This document shows positions 12,136 to 23,615 of a stretch of DNA of 64,000 nt, one piece after another. Position numbers and translations under genes: made by a program. Position 1 is the first letter of the stretch. Every line of letters starts with the position of its first letter. The notes below the pieces were generated by a model, which was not told where the DNA came from, searched no databases, and was given only the letters and a program-made list of their open reading frames with translations. This DNA is from Mobula hypostoma (Eukaryota), in the NCBI RefSeq assembly GCF_963921235.1, contig NC_086097.1:168022001-168086000 (forward strand), in the 5' to 3' direction.

Positions 12136-15100
12136 TCAGAACCCCGCCCCAGCCTTCCCTCCATAGCCCCTGACCCCTGTAGCCACAAGGGCCATATCTA
12201 ACTCCCTCTTAAATATAGCCAATGAACTGGCCTCAACTATTTCCTGTGGCAGAGAATTCCACAGATTCACCACTCTCTGTGTGAAGAAGTTTTTCCTAAT
12301 CTCGGTCCTAAAAGGCTTCCCCTCTATCCTCAAACTGTGGCCCCTCGTTCTGGACTTCCCCAACATCGGGAACAATCTTCCTGCATCTAGCCTGTCCAAT
12401 CCCTTTAGGATTTTATACGTTTCAATCAGATCCCCCCTCAATCTTCTAAATTCCAACGAGTACAAGCCCAGTTCATCCAGTCTTTCTTCATATGAAAGTC
12501 CTGCCATCCCAGGAATCAATCTGGTGAACCTTCTTTGTACTCTCTCTATGGCAAGGATGTCTTTCCTCAGATTAGGGGACCAAAACTGCACACAATACTC
12601 CAGGTGTGGTCTCACCAAGGCCTTATACAACTGCAGTAGTACCTCCCTGCTCCTGTACTCGAATCCTCTCGCTATAAATGCCAGCATACCATTCGCCTTT
12701 TTCACCGCCTGCTGTACCTGCATGCCCACTTTCAATGACTGGTGTATAATGACACCCAGGTCTCGTTGCACCTCCCCTTTTCCTAATCGGCCACCATTCA
12801 GATAATAATCTGTCTTCCTATTTTTGCCACCAAAGTGGATAACTTCACATTTATCCACATTAAATTGCATCTGCCATGAATTTGCCCACTCACCCAACCT
12901 ATCCAAGTCACCCTGCATCCTCCTCACAGCTAACACTGCCACCCAGCTTCGTGTCATCCGCAAACTTGGAGATGCTGCATTTAATTCCCTCATCCAAGTC
13001 ATTAATATATATTGTAAACAACTGGGGTCCCAGCACTGAGCCTTGCGGTACCCCACTAGTCACCGCCTGCCATTCTGAAAAGGTCCCGTTTATTCCCACT
13101 CTTTGCTTCCTGTCTGCTAACCAATTCTCCACCCACACCAATACCTTACCCCCAATACCGTGTGCTTTAAGTTTGCACACTAATCTCCTGTGTGGGACCT
13201 TGTCAAAAGCCTTTTGAAAATCCAAATATACCACATCCACTGGTTCTCCCCTATCCACTCTACTAGTTACATCCTCAAAAAATTCTATGAGATTCGTCAG
13301 ACATGATTTTCCTTTCACAAATCCATGCTGACTTTGTCCGATCATTTCACCGCTTTCCAAATGTGCTGTTATCACATCCTTGATAACTGACTCCAGCAGT
13401 TTCCCCACCACCGACGTAAGGCTAACCGGTCTATAATTCCCCGGTTTCTCTCTCCCTTTTTTAAAAAGTGGGGTTACATTAGCCACCCTCCAATCCTCAG
13501 GAACTAGTCCAGAATCTAACGAGTTTTGAAAAATTATCACTAATGCATCCACTATTTCTTGGGCTACTTCCTTAAGCACTCTAGGATGCAGACCATCTGG
13601 CCCTGGGGATTTATCTGCCTTCAATCCCTTCAATTTACCTAACACCACTTCCCTACTAACATGTATTTCACTCAGTTCCTCCATCTCACTGGACCCTCTG
13701 TCCCCTACTATTTCTGGAAGATTATTTATGTCCTCCTTAGTGAAGACAGAACCAAAGTAATTATTCAATTGGTCTGCCATGTCCTTGCTCCCCATAATCT
13801 ATTCACCTGTTTCTGTCTGCAGGGGAACTACATTTGTCTTTACCAGTCTTTTCCTTTTTACATATCTATAAAAGCTTTTACAGTCCGTTTTTATGTTCCT
13901 TGCCAGTTTTCTCTCATAATCTTTTTTCCCCTTCCTAATTAAGCCCTTTGTCCTCCTCTGCTGAACTCTGAATTTCTCCCAGATCTCAGGTGAGCCACTT
14001 TCTCTGGCTAATTTGTATGCTTCTTCTTTGGAATTGATACTATCCCTAATTTCTCTTGTCAGCCACGGGTGCACTACCTTCCTTGATTTATTCTTTTGCC
14101 AAACTGGGATGAACAATTGTTGTAGTTCATCCATGCAACCTGTAAATGCTTGCCATTGCATATCCACCGTCAATCCTTTAAGTGTCATTTGCCAGTCTAT
14201 CTTAGCTAATTCACGTCTCATACCTTCAAAGTTACCCCTCTTTAAGTTCAGAACCTTTGTTTCTGAATTAACTATGTCACTCTCCATCTTAATGAAGAAT
14301 TCCACCATATTATGGTCACTCTTACCCAAGGGGCCTCTCATGACAAGGTTGCTAATTAACCCTTCCTCATTGCTCAAAACCCAGTCCAGAATAGCCTGCT
14401 CTCTAGTTGGTTCCTCGACATGTTGGTTCAAAAAACCATCCCACATACATTCCAAGAAATCCTCTTCCTCAGCACCTTTACCAATTTGGTTCACCCAGTC
14501 TACATGTAGATTGAAGTCACCCATTATAACTGCTGTTCCTTTATTGCACACATTTCTAATTTCCTGTTTAATACCATCTCCGACCTCACTACTACTGTTA
14601 GGTGGCCTGTACACAACTGCCACCAGCGTCTTCTGCCCCTTAGTGTTACGCAGCTCTACCCATATCGATTCCGCATCTTCCCGGCTTATGTCCTTCCTTT
14701 CTATTGCGTTAATCTCTTCTTTAACCAGCAACGCCACCCCACCTCCCCTTCCTTCATGTCTATCCCTCCTGAATATTGAATATCCCTGAATGTTGAGCTC
14801 CCATCCCTGGTCACCCTGGAGCCATGTCTCTGTGATCCCAACTATATCATAATCATTAATAACAATCTGCACTTTCAATTCATCCACCTTATTACGAATG
14901 CTCCTTGCATTGACACACAAAGCCTTCAGGTGCTCTTTTACAACTCTCTTAGCCCTTATATAATTATGTTGAAAAGTGGCCCTTTTTAATGCTTGCCCTG
15001 GATTTGTTAGCCTGCCACTTTTACTTTTCTCCTTAGTACTTTTTGCTTCTACCCTCACTTTACACCCCTCTGCCTCTCTGCACTGGTTCCCATCCCCCTC

Positions 15101-15169
15101 TTGTGAACTAACCTCCTCACGCCTAGCCTCTTTAATTTGATTCCCAACCCCCAACCATTCTAGTTTAAA
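12136..15169 (-). pseudogene. CR1 ORF2 (APE endonuclease + reverse transcriptase) with one in-frame TAG (13799-13801) and one frameshift (about 12920)
   Basis: NARS, ITETWL, GDFN, SDH endonuclease motifs; [29 protein letters not shown] motifs. Confidence 0.93.
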
Positions 15170-16095
15170 GTCACCTCAGTAGCCCTCGCTGATCTCCCTG
15201 CCAGGATATTGGTCCCCCTAGGATTCAAGTGTAACCCATCCTTTTTGTACAGGTCACGCCTGCGCCAAAAGAGGTCCCGATGATCCAAAAACTTGAATCC
15301 CTGCCCCCTGCTCCAATCCCTCAGCCACGCATTTATCCTCCACCTCATCGCATTCCTCCTCTCACTGTCGCGTGGCACAGGCAGTAATCCCGAGATTACT
15401 ACCTTTGCGGTCCTTTTCCTCAACTCCCTTCCTAGCTCCCTATATTCTCCTTTCAGGACCTCATCCCTTTTCCTACCTATGTCATTGGTACCTATATGTA
15501 CCACAACCTCTGGCTCCTCACCCTCCCACTTCAGGATATCTTGGACACGATCAGAAATATCCCGGACCCTGGCACCAGGGAGGCAAACTACCATCCGGGT
15601 CTCTGGACTGCATCCACAGAATCGCCTATCTGACCCCCATACTATCGAGTCCCCTATCACAACTGCCCTCCTCTTCCTTGCCCTACCCTTCTGAGCTACA
15701 GGGCCAGACTCTGTGCCGGAGGCAAGGCCACTCTCGCTTCCCCTGGGTAAGCTGTCCCCCCCAACAGTACTCAAACAGGAGTACCTATTGTTAAGGGGCA
15801 CAGCCACCAGGGCACTCCCTATTACCTGACTCTTCCCCTTCCCCCTCCTAACCGTGACCCACTTGTCTGCCTCCCATGGCCCCGGTGTGACCACCTGCCT
15901 GCAACTCCTCTCTATCAACTCCTCACTCTCCCTGACCAGACGAAGGTCATCGAGCTGCAGCTCCAGTTCCGTAACGCTGTCCCTTAGGAGCTGCATCTCA
16001 ATGCACTTGGCGCAGATGTAGACGTCCGGGAGGCTTGGAGACTCCAGGGCCTCCCACATCCGACACTGAGAACAGCAAACTGCCCTCACACTCAT
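15160..16095 (-). CDS. CR1 ORF1 protein: Cys-rich finger, leucine zipper and SGNH/GDSL esterase; uninterrupted 311 aa
   Basis: CxxC...CxxC, heptad LELQLDDL, IGDSIV, HIGTND, DGLHLN motifs; ATG at 16095. Confidence 0.9.
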   Translation of the reverse strand: MSVRAVCCSQCRMWEALESPSLPDVYICAKCIEMQLLRDSVTELELQLDDLRLVRESEELIERSCRQVVTPGPWEADKWVTVRRGKGKSQVIGSALVAVPLNNRYSCLSTVGGDSLPRGSESGLASGTESGPVAQKGRARKRRAVVIGDSIVWGSDRRFCGCSPETRMVVCLPGARVRDISDRVQDILKWEGEEPEVVVHIGTNDIGRKRDEVLKGEYRELGRELRKRTAKVVISGLLPVPRDSERRNAMRWRINAWLRDWSRGQGFKFLDHRDLFWRRRDLYKKDGLHLNPRGTNILAGRSARATEVTLN

Positions 16096-16240
16096 ACTGC
16101 CCCTCTCCTCAAATAACAACAGAAAATGAATGCCAAACCTTCCTCGCCTTGCCCGTTTCCGCCTAAGCCCGTTGAGCCGAAGCCCTTAAATCTTCACTCT
16201 GCTCCCGGCTCACTCCGCCACCCACAAACTATGCTGCCTG

Positions 16241-17250
16241 CTCTATGATCCTTAATTCGTTGAGAGTGGCTTCACAGGCAGATAGAGTTGTAAAGAGAGT
16301 TTTTGGCAGATTGGCCTTCATAAATCAGGACATTATGGACAGGAGTTAGAACATAGTACAGGCCCTTCGGTCCACAATGTTGTGCCAACCCTTAAACCCT
16401 GCCTCCCATATAAGCCCCACCTTAAATTCCTCCATATACCTGTCTAGTAGTCTCTTAAATTTCACTAGTGTATCTGCCTCCACCACTGACTCAGGCAGTG
16501 CATTCCATTCACCAATCACTCTCTGAGTAAAAAACCTTCCTCTAATATCCCCCTTGAACTTCCCACCCCTTACCTTAAAGCCATGTCCTCTTGTATTGAC
16601 CAGAGTTTTATAGAGCTGCATCATTACCCTGCAACTCTTAAACTGTATCCCTCCACTTAGGAAAGCTAAAACCCCATAAGCTCTCTTAACTACCCTGGAT
16701 GTTACTTTGAAGTTATTTAAGACATTCGTGAGGCCAAATTTGAAGTATTGTGTGCAGTTCTGGTTACTTACCTACAGAAACACATCAATAAGCGAGAAAG
16801 AAGCAGAGAAATTTTACAAGGGGATTTACAGGACTTGAGGCCTGAGTTACAGAGATAGCTTGAGTAGGTTAGGACTTCATTCCCTGGAATGCAGGAGAAA
16901 ATAAGGGAAGATCTATAGAGTTATATAAAATTATGAGGTGTATAGACAGGATGTGGAGACTAGAACTACAGGTCATAGGTTTAGGGTAGAAAGGCGGAAT
17001 ATTTAAAGGAAATCTGAAGGGAGACTACTTCGCTTAGAGAGTAGTGTGAGTGTAGAATGAGCTGCCAGTGGAAGTAGTAGATGTAACAATTGTAACACTT
17101 AAGAGAAGTTCTGACAGGTAAATGAATGAGAGAGGAATGGACAGCAATGGTCTGGGTGCAGGTAGATGAGACTCAGCAGAAAATTAGGCTTGTATAGAAT
17201 AGATGGGCCAAAGAGCCTTCTTTTGTGTTGTAGTGCTCTATGACTTTATA
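16241..17250 (+). mobile_element. Older CR1 RT/3' fragment, interrupted at about 16347-16695 by a minus-strand CR1 3' piece
   Basis: Degenerate VRPNLKYCVQFW and 3' motifs; the nested piece encodes TRGHGFKVRGGKF...FFTQRVIGEWNALP. Confidence 0.75.
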
Positions 17251-18673
17251 TTGAGAGAGTCCCTCCCTTATAGATCCACAGAAACACGAGAGACTGCAGA
17301 TGCCAGGTTCACTTGGGAAAATCAATAAGCCTCATTATGATGTCAACCATTTCATTCAAAAGACACTCCTTGGGTAATGCAGTAGAATTGTACATTCCTG
17401 GGAGAGTGGGCTTGTAAGGGGTGAATTAAATTGAACAAAAAGTCATATTTGATTCCTCTCTGGTATGTGCAGAAGTGTGGAACACAAAATAGTAGGTTTA
17501 GGACAAAGTGGTGTCAGTTTAGAATTGAGAATATTTTGAGTACAGGAGAACTGGTTGGTACACAGCCCTGAGCGTAATGACATGAACGTGTCTTTCTTCA
17601 GACACGCTGCCTTCCGAGATACGTGGCTAGGCTGAAGGCCACAAAGGGTAAGAGGGTAGGTACCACAGAGTACTACCATGACTGAATGGAAATATACTGG
17701 GGTAGCAATTATGCCACATTTTTAAAGTGTGAAATGGGGCAACAACTTTGTTGCATGATGGCATGAATATCAATTTCTCTAACTTCCAGTAATTTCTTTA
17801 TTCCCCTAGCCGGTTATTCTCTCACACCTTCTCTTCTCAACTGTCCATCATCTCCCTTGGATTTTCTTCCTCCTTCTCTTTCTTCCCTGGTCCACTGTCC
17901 TCTCCTATTAGATTCCTTCTTGTTCAGCCCATTGTCTCATCCACCTATCACCTCTCACTTCTTACTTCATCTCTGTCCCCCAAACAGCTACCTTCCCCCT
18001 CACCTGGTCTCACCGACCACCTGCCGGCTTGCACTCCTCCCCTCCCCCCCCCCATCTTATTCTGGCTTCAGCCCCCTTCCTTTCCAGTTCTGGTGGAGGG
18101 TCTCAGACCAAACATCGACTGTTTCTGCCCCTCCATAGATGCTGCCTGACTTGCTGAGTTGCTCAACTTCTTTGTGCAAGTTGGAATTTTGCCTTAGGCT
18201 GAGTCCAGATCGGTGCTACGAGCCAGACAGAGAGATACATTGGACACCTGAGATTCCCTCCAAATCTTTATAGATCGCCTTATTGATTAGTTGATAAGTA
18301 CAGTATTAATTTGCTTCCTTTTCTACATGATCCTTTTCTGTTTTTTATTCTACTGTACAGATAATACTAATGAAGTAGTTTTCTATAACCTTTAACACTT
18401 ACATAGTGCCTCCTTTGTTTGTGAGTTCCTCTAGCTACTGAATCAGAAAAGGACAAAGAATGTATTCAAAGATATTTTTATTACAGGGTTGTGTAGTTAA
18501 TTCTCAGGAGTAAAATGTGAACTCACTGCCTTTAGACGTGAAAGTAAGAATGTTACCTAGTGAACCACAGCTGATCTGCCAGCTGTAAATCCAGCTTAGC
18601 TTCCAAAGTATTCATGCTCTCCCACTGTGCAAAATAAAAACATCAAGACCAAAGTTACGAATGGATCCCTTAC

Positions 18674-18796
18674 CTTTTTAGAAGCTTCAGCGGACAAGGT
18701 GTCATATCTCTCCCGGAAGAGCAGCTTCTTTTCCTCAGGGGATGCAGAGTCCTCGCCCGTACACTCTGCATCGCTGACTCGATAAAGGGGATAATG
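18674..18796 (-). CDS. MPPE1: MPPE1 coding exon 7 ([41 protein letters not shown])
   Basis: HYPLYR motif; acceptor tcttgcag, donor gtaagg; 123 nt. Confidence 0.96.
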
Positions 18797-21179
18797 CTGC
18801 AAGAATCAGGTGCCATTAGGACAATAACAAACTGGATCACTGCACAGAGTGGTGGTTCGTGATCATAGGGCATGTCATTACTACAACACAGGTAATTTCT
18901 TCTCAACATCACTCCTCAACTGCTGTAGGACCGCTCTGAAGTTGTAAGAATGGTTGGTAAATTTCAATCCTCACAGGGGACTTTCAGGACCATGATAAAT
19001 TGGCCAGTTACTCTAAATAGAGGAGTATATAAAGACAATATTGTTTGCCCGCACTTTTGCTATAACGTAAACACTATATTCTACATTCTGCCATGGCTTA
19101 ATCCCTTCTACCACTTCAATGTGCTCATGTTTTGAAATTATCTTTATGGATGGCATACAAAAGGGAAGTTTTCTTCCTGTATCTCGGTACACGTGACAAT
19201 AATATACCAATTTCTCGGCAACAAAAACTAGACTTGGAACAAGGGCTCAGAGGACCACTAGTATAGAACATGGGGGATGAATTACCTGTTTCTATGCAAT
19301 TCCATGAGTATCCTTTCACTCCCAAATTGCTGCTGTCAGCAAAATTAACAACTGAAGTCTGGACCACTGATCCAGAAGTCAATGAATTTGAAGCTCAACA
19401 TGGTAGCCAGGGAACCTAACTTCATGTAATAAAAGTAACCTTGAAATGAAGTGTTGGCCTCCAGAAGTGACATGAAACCACCAAATTGTTGTAAAAACCC
19501 CCAAGGTTCTCTGATGCCCAATAGAACATAGAAGAGTACAGCACAGAAACGGGTCCTTTGGCCCACGATGTCCATGTCGAGCATAATGCCAAATTAAATT
19601 AATTGCAAGTGACTCATATCTCTATTCCTTGCAGATTCATGTGTCTACCTAAAAGCCTCTTGAATTAGAGGAACCAGAATAAGGTTTATTAGCACTGATA
19701 CAGAACGAATGCTGGCAGTGTCCACATACACATAATCCAGCACAACACTGCCTGTGTGCATTAGACTGCAGTGAACATCACCTGTTGTACATCCTACCAG
19801 CTGACAAGAATTGTTCCAGTCATTCTGCAAGCCTGCTACTTGTTTTGCCAGATCCTTTCATCCCTCCACAGGGGCAGCGCTACTGTGGCGCTTAACGGCG
19901 ACTCCTTTGAGATCAGCTGTGGAAAATGCTTAATTTCTACCTTTGACATCTCTCTTTTCCCTTTCCAAGGTGGATGGGGTTCTGACAAGAGACATTGACC
20001 TAGAGTTACACTCAGACTTTGGTTCTTTGCGGTGGTGGGACCCCACTCCCCGGGGGCTCACAAGCAGCCACTTTTGAAATCCCAAGGATGTGGCCTAGAA
20101 AGACGAGCGCGCTGTCAGGGTTCAGAGCATCACAGCCCCGTGGACAAGCCACCTCCACGGGATAAAACAGTGGATTGGCTGTCAGGGGCTCTGTACTCGG
20201 CCAATCGCGCACTTTCTCTCTCGTTGGTGGGGAAGAGTTTGTTGCCAATTCTCAAGCTGGAGATCTCAGAAAAAAAAGTGACACAGCAGACTTTATCATC
20301 ACAAGTCAGCGAGTTGTTGTGCCTTGTCTCCCCTCTCTGTGTGAAAGGGTAGCACTTCACCTTCCCTTTACTGGGGAGAGAGCGAGAGAGCCTGACACAT
20401 GGCAGGTTGTCTGGGTGAACAATTAGCTTTTGTTGTACTGCAGATCATGGTCTTTCTTGGGGACTTTGCTATTGCTTGCCTGGTGGGTGGAGGGTGCTGA
20501 TACCGTGGATGGGGGTGGGTAAGGGTCATTGTTTTACTGCTGCTTGTGCATGAGTGGGGAGAGTGGGGGGAGTTTGGAGTTCTAATGTTTTTACTGTCAC
20601 TCATTCTTTGGGGCACTCTTCTGTTTTCATAGATGTCCGCGAAGAACAAGAATTTCAGGTTGTATGTTGTATACATTTCTCTCATATTAAGTGGAACTAC
20701 TGAACTTTCTGCTGACTTGTCCCAGTGATCTTTCCATTCCAAGGACAGATCGATTATGCGGGCTGTTCACTGAGTGAGCCTTACAGCGATCATTGAGTCA
20801 CAAAGCTCACTTTCCCAACCCCATTGCCCTTCTACCCTCACTGAGCCCATCACTCTTCTGCTCTCCTCAGCCCAGTCCGTCGCCGACCTCATCACCCTTC
20901 TCCTTCAGCCAATTCCTCATCTAAAACTTGGACTCTTACTTGGATTACCCTACACCCTTAACATTCTGGAAATTGCTGATATAAGAGAGATCATTTTCTC
21001 ACAGTCAGGCTCAGGGGCAGGGCCTGCCCTTTCTCATATGGGAGTGCATCATTAGTTTAAAAAAAAACATGATGACAAGCATAAGAGCACAGCAAAGATT
21101 TAGTGTTGCTGTGAAAACACAATGAATCTGTTGACAGCAAAGCAAAATCACTCAAGGCAGATTTTTTAAAAATTCCTAC

Positions 21180-21257
21180 CTGAAGTAAAATAGGAGGGGA
21201 ATATTCTGTGAATATTCTCTTGTCTTTACAGTTCTCACTGGAATGATCTGAATCCAG
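21180..21257 (-). CDS. MPPE1: MPPE1 coding exon 6 (LDSDHSSENCKDKRIFTEYSPPILLQ)
   Basis: Ends PILLQ, which joins HYPL of the next exon; acceptor tttttccaacag, donor gtagga; 78 nt, phase 0-0. Confidence 0.9.
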
Positions 21258-22860
21258 CTGTTGGAAAAATATATTGTTAACATTTTGAAAAATCTCCCTT
21301 CAATTTTGCACAACTGTATATCAAAAGTAAATGCACAACTCACCACCAGACCTATTATCTCATGAACTAAAACAAGGCTGTAAGCCAAACGACTTCCAAT
21401 GCTTCAAACATGGCATCGCAAGGGGAAATAATGGGCATAAGCTGGTGAGGTTCAAAGATTTCAGCAGTGCTTTAAAAATTTAAAGGCTGAGTGAAAGGAA
21501 TGAAGAAAAGTGCAGAGCTTAGAGGAGAAATGGGGGCAAGGATTGTCGTAGGGAAGTACAAGCAGGCAGAGGGGCTTTACCAAGACGAAGACCTCCACCT
21601 GGAAGTTGGGCTTCAGGTGGACAGATCAGCTCTGCATTAGAAAGCATGTCTAGAGAGAATGACAGGTGACTTGATAGAGGTGTATAAGGTGATGTGAGGC
21701 ATAGACAAAGTGGAGAGCCAGCACCTTTTTTTGCAGGGTGGAAGTGGCAAATAATGGCTAATACGAGTGGGCATAATTTTAAGGTGATTCAAGGGAAGTA
21801 TGGGGGGGGATGGCACAGGTTTCTTTTTAAACACGGAGACTGGTGGGTGCACACACTTCCAGGGTTGGTGTTAGCAGCAAATACATTAAGGACAGTTAAA
21901 AGAGTTCTTAGATTGCCCCATGGATGAAAGAAAGATGGATGGCCATGCGAGAGGGAAGGGTTAGATTGGCACAACGTTGTGAGCAGAAGGACCTGTAGCA
22001 TGCTACACTGTCCTATGCTCTTGTTTGAGAACGGATGGAGATTCTGGAGATAACCGTAAAGGAGGACAGTGATTACTGGTCATCCTGCAGAGTCCGAGGG
22101 GGCAATGGGTGGGTGTGGTGATGGCACAAGGAGACAACGTCCAAACTGGAGAGGACCATGGGCAACAGCGTGGAACTACTGGGAGGGAATGCACTGATGG
22201 GGTTCAAAGATTTTGTTGGGCACCAGAGCATCAAGTGGTGTGGCTATACAACAGCCAAATCTGCAGCCGCAGGAGCAGAGCAAGTAATGGGCAAACATGG
22301 ATGTCAAGTCACATTCTGCCAACTGCTGGTATTGGAAGATCCTTAAGTTTCCCTCCCCCTCCACTGACCAAACCTCTGAACACCAAAAATCACAACTGGT
22401 TACTGCTCAAGTGGAGCTATCCCTGAACTGTACTCTATAACCAAGGGTGCAGAAACCACCACGAGAGATAAAGAAAGGTGGGGGGGGGAGGGGGGGAGTT
22501 GCTGCGGAGTTTATCAGTAAGTATTCAGACCTGGGGTGGCAGCATGATACCGTCAGACAGTAGTAGGTGACTGATTGTAACAGAAACTGCTGGAGAGAGC
22601 GACGTGGTGGGAGGATGACAGGGTGCCAAGAACATGTGGGGATGCAGGAATGTGGCGGTCAGGAGAGTGCTTATGAAGAAGTTAAAGAGAGGCAACATGT
22701 CAGGTAGAGAGCGAGTGGCGTCACAACAGTCACTGGCAAGGTGAACTGGTAAGTGTTACCCACTTCCCACACCCAGAGTTCATCAGCTACTGGAAGGAGC
22801 GTGCAGGTCGGACACAGTGGACCCTTCATGAACACTGCTCGCAAGCGACTTAGATACTTG

Positions 22861-23615
22861 CTCACAACACGCTGAAGGAACTCAGCAGGTCAGGCAGCAT
22901 CCGTGGAAAAGATCGGTCGACGTTTCGGGCCGGAACCCTTCATCAGGACTGTAGAGGGAAGAGGCAGAGGCCCTATAAAGAATGTGGGGGGAGGGTGGGA
23001 AGGAGAAGGCTGGTAGGTTCCAGGTGAAAAACCAGTAAGGGGAAAGATAAAGGGGTGGGGGAAGGGAAGCAGGGAGGTGATAGGCAGGAAAGGTGAAGAA
23101 GGAATGGGGAAAACACAATGGGTAGTAGAAGGAGGCGGAACCATGAGGGAAGTGATAGGCATCTGGGGGAGGGGCAGAGTGACATAGGGTTAGGGGAAGG
23201 GAGGGGGAGGGAATTACCGGAAGTTGGAGAATTCTATGTTCATACCAAGGGGCTGGAGACTACCTAGATGGTATATGAGGTGTTGCTCCTCCAACCTGAG
23301 TTCAGCCTCATCATGGCAGTAGAGGAGGCCATGTATGGACATATCTGAATGGGAGTGGGAAGCAGAATTGAAGTGGGTGGCTACTGGGAGATCCTGCCTG
23401 TTTTGGCGGACGGAGCGGAGGTGCTCAACGAAGCGGTCCCCCAATCTGCGTCAGGTTCCACCGATGTTGCCTCACTTGGAAGTACTGTTTGGGGCCCTGA
23501 GTGGTGGCAAGAGAGGAGGTGTAGGGATAGGTGTAGCACTTATCCCTGTAAGCACTTGTGAGTCTGTTGGGGTCATCTATTGCATCCGGTGCTCCCGGTG
23601 CAGCCTCCTCTACAT
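22861..23615 (-). mobile_element. Penelope-like element 3' region (GIY-YIG endonuclease C-terminus plus terminal repeat)
   Basis: RLGDRFVEHLRSV...VATHFN...RLEEQHLIYHLGSLQPLGMNIEF; the same terminal repeat recurs many times in the window. Confidence 0.88.
22914..22951 (-). ncRNA. Minimal type I hammerhead ribozyme motif in the Penelope repeat
   Basis: cagtc-CUGAUGA-a-GGG(uuccgg)CCC-GAAA-CG-UC-gaccg: complete catalytic core, stem I, stem II and palindromic ACGU stem III. Confidence 0.7.

Larger units (their letters stand above)
12038..16240 (-). mobile_element. Near full-length CR1-clade LINE inside MPPE1 intron 7
   Basis: ORF1, APE endonuclease, reverse transcriptase and a 3' (TTTCTATG)n tail at about 12038-12060; interrupts an older plus-strand CR1 fragment. 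Confidence 0.96.

Noticed and set aside
15132..15158. ATG one base after the CR1 ORF1 stop as the ORF2 start
   Set aside because: It is out of frame with ORF2, closes after 8 codons, and is absent from the second CR1 junction at about 400
12281..15794. Long plus-strand ORFs (174, 258, 133 and 140 aa)
   Set aside because: Antisense shadows of CR1 ORF1/ORF2 with no independent motifs
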